NCBI GenBank assembly: GCA_021613535.1 | Contig: CP075495.1 | Location: forward strand, 16,210,842-16,274,841 | DNA length: 64,000 bases | Origin: Adineta vaga | Taxonomy: Eukaryota; Animalia; Rotifera | Direction: 5' to 3' | Shown: in pieces, positions 1-13,700 of the stretch | Position numbering within the stretch: the first letter of the stretch is position 1 | Layout: every line of letters begins with the position of its first letter | Translations under genes and position numbers: made by a program | The notes under the pieces: generated by a model | Seen by the model: the letters and a program-made list of their open reading frames with translations, nothing else | Databases searched by the model: none | Told to the model about the DNA's origin: nothing

Positions 1-557
1 ACATGGGTTCAATTTTTCTGAACACAATTGAGTAATTAGTAAATTTTTGATAATCAATTATCAACTGATCTACATCCGTAGAAAACATTAAATAATCATG
101 AAATAATTCTGATGATGAGAAAAAATCAATTTGTTGTTTCATAAAAACAGGTGAAAATTTGGTATTAAATTGCTTATTGATAATCTCACAAATAACAGAG
201 TATTTATCATTTATTATAGAAGCATTTTTTATTCTTTCATGTAGTATCATTATCGTATAAATTGGAGCTTGTTTCAACAGCTTGGTGAAAAAAAGATCAT
301 TTTTAATTTCTAAGGATGTGTTATCCATCTTGTTTATATCTAAAAATACTTTATATATATATGTAAAGATAAAAAGCTGATTTTGTAACCACAAAAAGAT
401 AAAAATATACTGATGTAATGTTTCACTTTCAAAAGTTGTTTGGTTTTAATTGTTGAAACTTCTTATAAATAAAATCAATAAATACGAAAATATGACAAGA
501 AAAACAAATCAGACTTATATATGTTAATAAAGAACTTTAAAAGAATAATATGGAAAG

Positions 558-3500
558 CATTGGCGGGCCAGCTAGGGGGCGAGGGGGGTCAATTGCCCCC
601 CCCCCCCTGAAAAAATTTCTAGGGGGCAATACATTTTTATTGCCCCTAGTATTACAAATGTTTTTCGCACGATTATAACTCCATCTATACTAGTATACAT
701 AAGTATTTTTCTTAGTGGATGCATCTGTGAACCATTAGAAGCGAGATTTTTAAAATTTTTTCAATTCTTATATCAATCAATTTATATGTAATAATATATT
801 TCTTCTCAAATAATAGTAATCAATTTTTTACAGTATGTCTGAAAAAGGTACACTGGAATTTTACTTCATCAAGAAAAAAGCTGATGTTGTTGTACAAACG
901 AATGCATGTGAATCGATCCAATCGACTGTAGACGAATATTCATCTGATCAAATGTCAAATTTAAATAATTCTACAACATCAACGTTATATTCTACATCTT
1001 CAACATCAATATCATCTTTTACCTTTTCAACAGCAGCATCATCTTGCATCTCGTCACCATCAACATTATCTTCCATATGTTCAACGTCAACATCTACAAC
1101 ACCAACAATAATTCATAGTGTTAATAGTGAATCAGCTCTTGAACGTTCACATGCAGCTAGTAATTGTGGTATAATATCGGTCGAATCTGTTCAACGAGAT
1201 CCAGCACGTGGTCCAACTTACGCAAAAGAGTTTGTTTCACTTGGGCCGTATCAACCGAAATACAATTATCCAAGTATTGATCAACGACATTTTTGTCATC
1301 GATGGTTTGAAAAATACCTATGGCTTGACTATAGTATTACCATTGATAAAGCCTATTGCTTTTGTTGTCGATTTGCTTATGATCCTTTGAAGTCTGATAA
1401 AGTATTTACACTCATTGGTTATAATAACTGGAAAAAAGCTGTTGAAAAATTTAATAAACATCAGTCAAGTTTTTCACATAAACAAGCACATGAAGCTTGG
1501 ATAATGGCTGAAAAGAATCGAATTAATAATACGAATGTATTGATGCAAATTAATCGAAGTTTCAATGAACAAGTTGAAGAAAATCGCCTCTACCTGAAAG
1601 AAATTATTCGAACATTAATTTTTCTAGGTAAACAATGTCTACCTTTACGAGGACATCGTGAAGATGGTGAAGCTGAAAATCGTGGCAACTTCCTTGAATT
1701 ACTTGAAATTCGTAGTTTCGATAATGATCTCATCAAAAAGAAACTTTCCTCATTGAAATATACTGATCACAAGATTCAAAATGAACTCTTGATTTTAATC
1801 CAGGAAAATATTACTGAACAAATTGTATCGGATATAAAGAAATTCAAGTATTTTTCAGTTATGATTGATGAAACTACAGATATTGCAAATCATCAACAAG
1901 TGTCACTAGTAATTCGATATGTTGATGAATTTTTCAATGTCTATGAACGCTTTCTTGGTTTCGAACGAACTTTTGATACAACAGGTGAAGGCTTGTTTAA
2001 TTTATTAGTTTCATGGATCAAACAACTTGGTTTGGATATGGAAAATATTGTTGGTCAATGTTATGATGGTGCTAGTTCTATGCGTGGTGAATATAAAGGT
2101 GTTGCAGCTCGAATGAAACAATTAGCACCAAAAGGTATGTGGTAATTTTAACTTTTATATTAAAACGAACTTTATTGTCTACTAATTAAATAATAACTTT
2201 ATATATGACTATATTCCGTTCAATTGTAGCTATTTATATCCATTGTAATGGTCACGTACTCAACTTGTGCTTGGTTGATGTTTCATCCGCTATTATACCA
2301 ATTCGAAATAATTTCGGTGTTGTTCAAGCTCTATACAATTTCTTTGAAGGATCAGCCAAACGTCACCATCTATTTGAAGATATACAAAAAGAAGCTGGAT
2401 TAAAGTCATTCGTAATGAAACGATTATGTGAGACTCGATGGACTTGTCGATCGGAATGTTTGACTGTTATACTCAATCGATATTCACAAATAATCGATGC
2501 TTTGGAAACAGCTAGTAATGGACTTATTATGTTAAATACAATTAAAAGATTGGATTTCATTTTTCATTTGATTATCATGTATGAAATTTATTCAATAACA
2601 AATATATTATCAAAATATTTACAGCATTCAAATGTTTCATTATCTGATGCATTAGTTCATGTAAAACTTACAATTGATACATTAACAGGATTACGAACAG
2701 ATTTGAAGTTCGAAGAATTTTGGAAGAAAACAATCGATATTTGTGAAGACAATGGTATTGATGATCAAGTTGATATCCGAAAAAGAAAATTTCCAGCAAA
2801 GTTAGGTGGTGGTTATGTTATTCCAAATGATCTTTCAATCAAAGATAATTATCGTATAAATTCATATTTTGCCGTTATCGATAAGATAAAAGCTGCTATT
2901 GATAATAGATTTGATGAAAATAATGTTGCTATTGTTATTCTATGTGAAAAGTTGTTTTTGACGAAAGATTTACTTTCGTTTGATGAAATTCAACAGTTAA
3001 CTAGATTTTATGATTTGAATTACACCGACTGCAAAAGTGAACAATTATTATACAAAACAGCAATTAATCAACAACAATCAATGAACATTGACATCAAGTC
3101 GATTACTAAATTTTTTCTTCAAAAAAGCTTTCATCTCGTATTACCAACTATGAATCAATTGCTTCGCATTTTATGGACAATTCCAGTAAATGTCTGCGAA
3201 TGTGAAAGAAGTTTCTCGTCTTTAAGACGTTTGAAAACTTATTTACGAAGTACAATGGATCAGGAACGTTTATCTGCTCTGGCATTGATTCATATTGAGA
3301 AAGACATAACCATTGATATTGATAAAATTGTAGCAAAGTTTGTTATGAAGAACGAAACTCGAAAAAGTCAATTTTCTTACTAAAAAGTCGTTTGGTTTTT
3401 TCTCTTATAGTTAATATGTCTGTTATCATGTGTATTTAGGAATTGCATTAAATATGAAAAGAATAAAAGTAGATTTTAATGAAAATCATTTATACATAAT

Positions 3501-3745
3501 AATCATCTTATTCAAATATATCATTACTGCCAAAAAATCTTCGAAAGACATAGCAATTAGATAAAGTTTTTATGAACGCAAGGAAACTGTTTGTAAGTAG
3601 AAGTGCCAGAAATATTAGTGAAAACGTTTCCGGCGCAGAAAAAAACAAATATCTGTTGTAATGGGAATAAAAAAAAAAATTTAAGAATTCCAGTCTAATT
3701 TATTGCCCCCCCCCCCCCTGAAATTTTTTCACCGGCCCGCCACTG
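558..3745 (+). mobile_element. hAT-superfamily DNA transposon, apparently full length
   Basis: Left TIR CATTGGCGGGCC (558) matches the reverse complement of the right end GGCCCGCCACTG (ends 3745) with 1 mismatch. Flanking 8-mers ATGGAAAG (550-557) and ATTGAAAG (3746-3753) form an 8-bp TSD with 1 mismatch. A TTGCCCCC-poly(C)-TGAAA subterminal motif occurs at both ends. Confidence 0.93.
835..3383 (+). CDS. hAT transposase (ZMYM1-like/DUF4371 type), two exons 835-2134 and 2230-3383, about 817 aa
   Basis: Removing the GT..AG intron 2135-2229 restores PKAIYIHCNGHVLNL (hAT CxxH motif). Also present: TTF-type Zn finger (WLDYS..DKAYCFCC), catalytic IDETTD and CYDGAS, TRW, and C-terminal CERSFSSLRRLKTYLRSTM. 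No premature stop. Confidence 0.92.
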
Positions 3746-3842
3746 ATTGAAAGAAAAAGATATGCAACTAATATCTGTTTCTTTATATGATTTTGCTGCA
3801 AAAATTGTTTTATAAAAGCAAATACATAATATATCTAATCGT

Positions 3843-6800
3843 TCAGTTTTTCTTTCTTTTGGATTGAGAAGCAGCTTGAGATGTTTTTCGTTTTCCATTT
3901 TCTTTTGCGACATTTTCAAATGGTTCAATACCTGTGAAATACAATGGACCTGAACAATACATATTTTCAAGATTATAATATCTGTAACGTTATTTCCATA
4001 TTCCAATTCATCTGGTTCTGTTGTTGCATTTTCTACCGAACGAAATACTGCACATTTATTATAATTGACATAACAGCGATAGTCTTCTGAGTCAAGCAAA
4101 AACTCAGCGTTTTGATTCAAAAGTAATTGTGTGATGGTATGAAAGCCTGTGAAAAAATTCAATTAATTTTTATATTTATTACTATTTTATCATCATACCA
4201 TCTTTTGTAAGATCAAAAAACGATTTAAATAATATCCACGTAATTCCAAATTCATTTAAAGCAGCAATAAATTCGAAACGTGATTGTTCATCATTTATTC
4301 GTGGTACATTTTTAGCGAAACCTTTCGTTGCTTTCACTGATTTTGACAACTTCCGAACGAAATAATCATCCTCAAGTAAAAGCTTTTTATTAATCATTAA
4401 CTGAATGCTACGTTGGCGAGCTACAGCAGAGTAATGCCGAGTAGCAAGAGCAATATCAGATGAAGATAAAATTATTGATGGATATTGTAAGATTGCTCGA
4501 ACACAAGCTTTTACATCTGGTGGATGAACATTTGATGGTGTTGTTTCAGCTAATTTCAAAGAATTTTTTTTCGTAATTTTTTAACTGTTAGAATACCCGT
4601 TTCAGATTCAATTTGATTAATTGGCTGTATTGGTTGGCAATCTACTCTACGATTATGATCACAATCTATAGAACAAAAAAAATTGTTGTTTGATTTAACA
4701 TGACATGAAATGAAACTAATTTTAGATATTTCAACCTTTCGGCTGTACATCAGGTGTTTTATTGTTGTTGTCAATCAATTCTGTCGCTTGTATTTGTTCT
4801 ACTTGAACCATATTCAAATCATTTTCGAAGAGATCTATAGATTAGCAAACAAAAAAGAAAAAAAAAACATCATGGCATACATACATATGTATACAAATAC
4901 TGCTTAGATGGTTATAAGAAAGAATGGCTAGATCATGATCATTATTTGAAACAAAATCCTTATCGAATATACCTAGAAGTAGTAAGTAACTTACGGTATT
5001 TTCAAAAATTGTTTCAAATGCATCAGCTTACGTGTCATCATTGCATCATTCTTATTCAGCAAGATATTGTCTGTATTGTTTCTATCGACTAACTGATCTT
5101 CTTCACGAAATTCACTGTTAATCGTTACAGCAACAGGCATTTGTACAAATATATTTTGATCAGTTGTATTAGCAATAACTCCAGGATTAAAATCAATTGT
5201 CCCATTAGATGCTTCTTCATTATTGAGATTCACTAAATATAAAATATTTTCTTGAGATTAATCATACAAAAGAAAATATATATTGAAACATATTCTAGAT
5301 CAATTCAGAGATAAAGTTCTTCTATATTATTTATAAGATGAGTGAAAGTGTAATACCATTGTACATACCTATTGATACTAGATCATATTTTGTACAATCA
5401 TCACGATGTTCAACTCTGGTGGTTAACAACTGTTTAGCTTCAGGAAGAAGTTTACAATTATTTGGCAGATTTGAACGAGTGAGTAAATTTTGATATTCTT
5501 CTGCACTAATCTTGTATTCTTCCAAGTGTTGAAGAAATTGATTTTTTTCTGATGATTTATTAGGTATTGGATTTTTAAAAAACGAGTGAGTTTGTTGTGC
5601 ACGTAGACGAGAAATGAAATATCCTGTGCTTAATATTTTTTGATCAACTAATTTGTTTAATATATTGTTTAATAAATTGTTGTCCACATGATGAAAAGGA
5701 GCATTAGTTCTTTTCCCGTTTTCATTTGTTATTGGTTGTTTTAAATCAGAACGAAGAAAAAATTGATACGGCAACTGTAATATTCTTTTTTCTAATGATG
5801 GTTTTTCTGCAATTAATGTACGAAATTGAGTAGAAGGCACACTTGGTTGATTTACTGAATGTTCTAAATTGAACAGATTTAACGTGTTCTTAAACAAGTA
5901 ATTGTCAAATAAATTTGCCGTGATATGGCATGTTTCTAACGAAACGTAACTGACAATTTCACCATTACCGCTCTTATTAAAAACTAGATGTTTGTCAATG
6001 TAAAGTTTTGCTCTTGTAGCAAATGTTTGGTCGACAACTTGTGCAAATTGTAATTCTCCATTTTTTTTCATTTCATATAAAATAAGCATTGCATCTAAAA
6101 GACGCTGCATATTCACACAAAGTCTGGGAAATATTTCTGCACTTTTTGAATAAAAAGATTGAAGATGTGATTGTTGTCGATCTCTACATAATCGTTGTCC
6201 TTCTGCAATATAATGTTTTCCTTTGGTTGCATAGAATCGTTGTGGCTCATCATTTCCTAATGGATCCACAAATGAGTACACGATCTTCCCTATGAAATGA
6301 ATGACAACAAATATTTGCTGAATTGAAGGTAATAATTGATCTGATTTTTTTATCGAGTCGTACGATATTAAATTGTTTTCCACAAAGTGGTACAAAAAAC
6401 GATTATCACAACCATCAGATATTTTATGTAAAGAATATCGAGCCAGAAGTAGATGGAAAGAACCACCAGTGCATGCACCTAACAATGATAAACGGGCATT
6501 TTCAATTGAAAATTCATACATGCCTGTGGTTTTGGAAGATTCTGAGAAGCCATCAAAGGCTTCACACAACAGGGAACGATTAGACACCGCAACCATTTGT
6601 CCTAAATCAAAACATATTAATAATTATATATCTCGGAATCTCAACTGAAGTTCTATTGATTCAATGTTTTCATTTTACAATCTGACTTCCGTTACTGAAA
6701 ATTTCATATATTTGACTCAGCCTTCGACTCTTCTCCCAAAAATTTTTATTTATTACTTCGATTCTTATTCCAACAAACTTTGATTGTCATATTAAGAAGT

Positions 6801-7520
6801 GAGTGATCTTGACTAAACTAAAAAATTATAATTAAGACTTGTTTATTTGGATAAACAAGATATAAAACTCAACAAGCATAAAGCGAAAAAAAATTCAAGA
6901 GAAATTATCTTTATTTTATTTGTTCATAATTTATTAATATCAAATAACAGTGAAATCTATCTCAAAATGTTTTATTTGAAAAGATCTTGAAAGTTAGATA
7001 TATAAAAAACATGAATCCATCAAGTTCATGAAAACAACCATGTATTCAAATTTTTCACAAAAAAAAATTCATCAAGTTTCATTGAAAATGTTCAGTAATA
7101 ATTTGCAGCCTGTAATAATTATCTAATGTTATACTTGCTTAATAGTAAATCATGAAGCACTAATCTTATATCTCATCTGAATTATAGAACAGAATTACAA
7201 TTGAAAAAAATGTTACTTAATATCTGTGTGAAATTCGTCTTATCTAATTGATTGGCACAAAAACTAATGCTTTATGGAAAAAAAACATCATCTTTACTAT
7301 ATTGATAAAAGCCCAACTTGTTCAAGTTAGCATCTGCTTCGTGCATGAGTAAGAATTTATTTCCAGTAGATAATTCTTTATGTAAACCAGCACCAGTTAT
7401 ATCATAAATAATGGACTTTTTCTCGTCTTCAACATAAACTTCTGGAAAGAGATTTTCACATGTTTTGTAACAAGATTGAACAATATTTATTAGGCCACTT
7501 TTATCCGAACCCAAGCCAAT
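3843..7520 (-). CDS. Multi-exon gene encoding a DUF3987/YfjI-like AAA+ (primase-helicase-type) protein with a duplicated C-terminal domain; possibly decaying and possibly part of an unclassified mobile element
   Basis: ORF 7272-7514 has Walker A-like GSDKS and DITGAGL..FLLMHEAD (degenerate Walker B). ORF 5331-6596 has RSLLCEAFDG, RLSLLG and DGCDNRFL, motifs typical of DUF3987. Further exons lie at about 4991-5233, 4182-4559 and 3843-4140. The full exon structure is not resolved. Confidence 0.5.
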
Positions 7521-8211
7521 TACAAAATCAACTTTTCTACCTGAGTTTTATTAAAGGTATTTTATTTATATAAAAGAAAGATCAAATAAAGATTATTCTG
7601 TTCTGTTCACAATAGTTCTTTTTTATTATAGAGATATTTATTTTCTAATTATGGTAACAGTTGCACTCATATGGTAGATGTCGATAGATTGTTATGACAC
7701 AACAAAAGTACTATATTTTTATCGTTTGTAAAATGTGAAGGAATAAGGGTAAACAAAACGGTATATGGTGAAATTTCAGCTGAACTTTGAATTTATGAAT
7801 AGTAATCCGTCATGTTATCAGATTTATAATACAAAATAACATCTCATAGGATTTAACCATCTGCAATTCATCGTACACTTTACACATAGCACGTATGAAT
7901 CCTGTCTATTATTAATTACACATATATTTAACAATTAACTAGATCGTACGGTATAGCAATGATATCATTTACATATCAAAATGAATTTCCATTTCCTTCT
8001 TACTCAACCCAACCCAATCCAAACCATGACTGAATATTGTAGTGTATCTATGGTATCGTTTATATATAATTATGTTGATCTTAAAAGAACATATTAATGT
8101 ATTTTGCTATATAATGAGACAATTTTTTACGTTAAAATTATTAATTACACGATTAAAGTTGCTTCTTCAAACATTCATATTATAATTAATATTAAAGAAG
8201 AATGTTGAACA

Positions 8212-8323
8212 TTTTGAATTTCCTAGAGATTTATATTGTGGGAAATTCATTTGAATTTCCCAGAAGTTTATCTTTTAATAATTTTTTTTGAATTTCCTGG
8301 AAATGGAAAATTTCCATGCTCTC
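8212..8323. repeat. Three copies of TTTGAATTTCC followed by GGAAATGGAAAATTTCCATGCTCTC; possible transposon end
   Basis: The repeated motif is seen directly. No partner terminus was found in the window. Confidence 0.3.
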
Positions 8324-9164
8324 AACAGCCATTCCAACACAAAACCAACACCTTCATCCTCACCGCTTCCGTTACATCAGAAGAACTGTTTATAAAGTTT
8401 AGTCCGTTGATTAACTGAACTTTGCATACTCTTCATAAAAATAAACACAATGATCTATTCAACAAGTCAGATAACATGGAAAAAAAACAAATATATGAAA
8501 ATATCTATGTATAGTTTCGAACTTTAATGAATGTTCGTAAAATACAGCAGAAAGAGGTTTTCGCGAGAGAAACAAAAAAACATGATAGGAAGATGAAAAT
8601 TCTCGAAACTGCTAAGTCGCATGTAGGCCAAGAATATATATGACGAAATAAGATAAAGTCATATGACAAAGAAATAAAAGAAAACATTCTTTCTACGCAG
8701 TTATCAAATACCAAAAAAAGACGAAATATTTATCCAGGAGAAGTCATATGATGGTAAGAGTAAAGCAAAAAATAAGGTAATACTGATGATAACCGAACGA
8801 GAGAAGATACAACATCATTATGAAATCATGAAAAGAAAACAAAAAACATTATTTCAAACAATAAATAAGCTAATATTAAGAGTGAGAGACAATATGAAAA
8901 AGGTCGGAGTATGGTATATAAATATACGTAAGTATCTACAATAAAAATTAATTCTCACAAAAGATTCTGCAAGGTAAGTGTGAATAATATGAATTATCGT
9001 CATATATTTCTTTAAGGACGTTTTATCAATGTTCGAATTAAATTATCATATCCCAATTCTTTACTCTTTACTCTTTTCTTTTGAGTAGATACACTGCAAG
9101 ATTTATTCTTATAATCTATGTTTCAGATATTTCACATAATTCAGTTATAAAATCAGAAGACAAC

Positions 9165-10600
9165 ATGAAATATAGTAAAACCCCTGCAAGCGAAGAGCAA
9201 GCAGATTTCACTCCGAAACAAATCAAAGGCGAAGATCGACTAGGCACAAAGTAAATACACTATTTACATATTTCAACAATCATTGAAAATATTTTCATGA
9301 TTTAGATCAGTATGGTCGACCATATTCTCACATAATAAAATCAAAGTTATCATCACAGGCTTGATATTGATGTTTATTGTGAGTGGTGTACTGATACTTT
9401 TTGCTTCGTCACAATCACAATGGATTAAAAAAACATCATCTAAAAATGATCAAGGTAAGATTAGAAATCTTTTTTCCTCATAAGTAATAACCCAATTCAA
9501 TAAAAAGAATATCAACTTCTTCATCAATATATTTTCATAGGTGATGTACTCCCTCAACTACGATCATATTCAACAAGACATGAAGTAAACAATTCATATG
9601 TTTATTATTTATCATCTTATAATCATTTTATATAGAAACATCGATCACCAGATACTCTTGGTCATATGAATGTTTACATCAACAAACATAATCATCGATC
9701 AAATCAACGAGTTCGCTTTCCTGTAGCTCGATATAATGATCGTCGTCACTTTCGTTTGTTTTCTTTTCACTCCTTTTCTCTTTCCTATAAGCAACTTTTA
9801 TTTTTTAGCATTACGAGGTCCATTTCTTAATTTTATGCCATGGGTGCCAATATTTGCTGATCGATTAACAAAACAAACAATTATTTATTCACCAACAGGA
9901 GGTAAGTATTCTTGTTTATTACTTAAATTATTTAACAATTCATTTATTATTTTGTTTAGTTTATATTCTTCCACCATTGGTCAATTCATATGGTCAACTA
10001 TTTTCAGTTGCACAACTTATTGCTTCAGGTTATGCTAGTTTAGTTAGTAGTGGATCATCACTCAATGGAAATATTGATATACTTCGTTATTTTCAATCAC
10101 AACCTTGTATGTTTTCTTTTCTCTCTTCATCCACTGATTGATATGTTGTTTATGATAGTGTTGGGTCCAGGTATTCCAGTGATTAACCCTTTGACAGGTG
10201 GCTTTACTGGTGGCATTCATGGTAATTTTGGTTCATTTCCAAAAGCTAGACGCTATGAAGGACGATCAAAGATGGATTATTCACGTGAAAATGAAAATGA
10301 AGATGATGATGATGATTATCGTGGTCATGAACAACAAGAAAGTGAAGAATATAAAGATCGACCTGAATACAATTCATATCGAAACAATAGAAAACCATAC
10401 AACACAAACAAATATACAAGTAAGACATACATACCACCTAGTCATTTGTTCTGACCTATTTCATATTTCTATTCTTTCAATTGACACTGATTGACTTTAT
10501 TTTGTTATAGGAAAAACAATACCATCGACAACCAAATCATCAACAACACTACCACCACCTCAATCATATTTAACCAAATGTGAACCAGAAAAGAAATCTC
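9165..10600 (+). CDS. Gene A, N-terminal module: type II membrane anchor, conserved unknown domain, acidic and Ser/Thr/Pro linker. Exons 9165-9250, 9306-9454, 9541-9584, 9636-9753, 9809-9901, 9960-10106, 10159-10419, 10511-10600
   Basis: All introns are GT..AG and the exons join without stops. TM helix VIITGLILMFIVSGVLILFA. Intron positions and phases match the paralogue at 21706-24637. The last exon ends at a C|GTAAGT donor with no stop codon. Confidence 0.85.
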
Positions 10601-10771
10601 GTAAGTCAATTTGTTTCTTTACATATGAGATATCACAATTCTCATCATTCATAAAATTGATCAAAATAATTCATTTACTTTTTTCCATTAATCATGGTGA
10701 TGATAAAGTTAATTTTCTTTGGATTTGATATGGATAGACTTATATAATTGTATTTTTGTTTTCATCTTTAG

Positions 10772-13700
10772 TAACAAATGATCATAACGGACGAGCATTC
10801 AAAAAACACCATCTTCGTAGAAAAATGAGAACGATATCGAACTCAAAGAAATCTAATACTCCTGGGCTTCTCAAGGGTGCTTATGTCATTCAATATCCAA
10901 CTAACACTCCTGTCAAACAATGTTTTCAGTCAGTAACTAATTCTTTACAAAAAACACACAGAATTAGTAAATCATCAGTTGGACTACGTACTGAAATCAA
11001 ATCATCATTATTTACTGGCATTTCTATTCAAGTAGACGATAAAGATGCTATTGATGCATTAGAAATGATTGAAGATGCTGTTGACGTTTTTCCTGTTACC
11101 ATTATTAAACGTCCACGTCCTAAGAAGAAGTCTGCATTTGTTGATACATTAACAGAAGAACAACTTAAAACATTGGTTCCTCATGATTTAACTGGTGTTG
11201 ATGATATTCACAAACGATTCAAGAATTTTGGTGAGGGTGTTAAAGTGAGTATTTATCTTTTTTTGCTCTATTTTCTGGCATCCAACTGAGCTACACAAAA
11301 TGATTTATTTTGTTTTATTGTAGATAGGTATTATTGATAGTGGTATTGATTATACACATCCAGCACTTGGAGGTTGTTTTGGAGAAGATTGCAAAGTGGC
11401 ATATGGCTATGGTAAGTGATTGAATTTGATTATTTATCGACATACTTAATATAGAGTAACGGATTGTGTAGATTTGGTTGGTGATGCTTATAATGGTAGT
11501 AACACACCAGTAGAAGATGACGATCCTTTGGATAACTGTTCTGATGGTGCTCATGGTATATTTTCTCTTACATATTTCTCTTATTTAGTCTCATAATATA
11601 TAATATATAGGAACACATGTTGCTGGTATTATTGGTGCAAATACGACTGGAATCGATGATCCACTTTATACTCCAGCTGAGCATTTTATAGGTGTTGCTC
11701 CTCGAGCAAAACTTGGAGCATGTGAGTAATGTTTACTCTATATCCAATAGAATATTTATATTATTTTGTATCTATTTAAAAGATCGAATATTTGGATGTG
11801 AAGGTTATGTAACAAGTGGTAAGTATGAATAGTTATATATTGTTACTATTGAATCTGTTTATGTAATATAATTTGCAAATATATTTATTTCTAGATGTGG
11901 AGGCTAAAGCAATCTTTCGTGCTCAAGCTGATGGTATGGATATAAGTGAGTATTTTTGATTATGTCTTCTATTCTTCTCTTTCAAATCTTAATATCAGAA
12001 ACAAGACTGTCGAGGTAATATATCTTTAAGACAGTGACATTAATTAATATATCGTGCAAATCTGTATTTAAATTTAGTCCTTCCTTTGAGATTATCCATT
12101 TTTCATTCAAGTAGAAAATCATATCAATCGAATATCTGATGATGAAAAAATATATGAATGATTTGTGTAAAATAAATTCTGATGTCGTTATAGCATAACT
12201 TAGAGGAATAGTATTGTCTTCTATTCCACGAAATGAGTTATATAAATGATAAGCTGATCCAGAAGTTTTTCTTTCTGCTCAGAAATTGTGATGACTTTTT
12301 AGTTCAGGATCGAAAGTCTGAAATAAGTGTTGCTCTAAATATGAGTTAAATAAAGTAAATGAATTTTTAACTGATTTAATCAGTGTAGTATTTAAACAAA
12401 AATTCTGACTTCTCTATGAAATCGCTCAGTTCTCTGCAAAAATTTCATACTGATTAATTTTTAACATAATTATTATGTATTTAGTAATAATATCAGTCGG
12501 AGGTAATGAGGCTTATCCAGGTGGTGTTGATGCAGTAGCTGTTCAATTAGTATCAGGAGCAGGAGGTGAGTTTTCGTTCTGTTATTCAGTTATATAATCT
12601 AACATTCATCGTAGTTTATATCACAATCTTGGCTGGGGACGAAGGAAATGAGGGTTTGTATAGTACTAATAGTCTTGCAATTGTACCAGGTGCTATGGCC
12701 ATTGGTTCGATCGATAATAAATATACAGCAGCATCTGTGATTATCACACCGGATGGTGAACAAATTGGTTATTTACCTGGACATTATGGTGGATGGACAT
12801 CGAATGTCACCGCAAGAATTGTTGTCCATGGTTAGCTATAACAATGTACATTATTTATATTCTGACTTTAAGTTTTTCTTTAGATCCAAATCGAGGACTA
12901 AATGATGGTTGTAATGGTATAAATAACCCAACTGCAGTCATAGGTGCTGTGGTTCTATTTTCTTTCAAATCTCAGGATACATGTGGCTCTGCTTTTCGAT
13001 GTAATGCGGCAGCAGCAGCTGAGGCAATAGGCTGTCTGGTTTATAATGTTGGTCCTATTTCAGGTCGTATTTCATCCATTCTTTTCTTTTGTTAATTAAT
13101 TATTTTATTGTAGGTTCAGATGTGATTCCAAGTGGAAGTATCAGTTTAACCGATGGTTTAAGCATTGTTGCAACTGTAGCTGAGAATAGTGATGCTCTTT
13201 ATGCTTTCACGGACATGTCTACTGTGATTTCGGTGGTAAGAATATTGAATAAAAAGTTATAGAAAATGTTTCTCTTTCATGATAGAAACATATGAGAAAC
13301 AACAAGTAGCGTAGATAAATCGAAAAATGATGAAGTATATTAAAGACTTATTCTCTGTGAATACATCTGTTTTGGGTATATTTCAGTTTTACTAGTACCT
13401 ACAAAAGAAGTATGCAAAACTTAACCTGATATTTCGTGGATATGAACATGCCCATCGACGTGCACGTATCCAAGATTGGTTTCAAGCTGAGAATTAAGTT
13501 TGACTTTTGTCAAAAGAGATAGACACATGACATCATCTAGAATGCTAACTCGTTAGGCATTTTTAATCTCGTATATTGAATTCAAGGTCAACTATAGAAG
13601 GTTGAATTGCTTAAATTAGGAATAAATATAATTCTTGAACTTACATATAGAATCGCATCGTTTATGTTTGATGCTCATCTAACTATGCAAGTGTAGTTGA

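Noticed and set aside
3695-4162. 155-aa ORF as a complete gene
   Set aside because: It reads through introns and into the hAT TIR (GGGGA from poly-C). Only part is an exon of the DUF3987-like gene.
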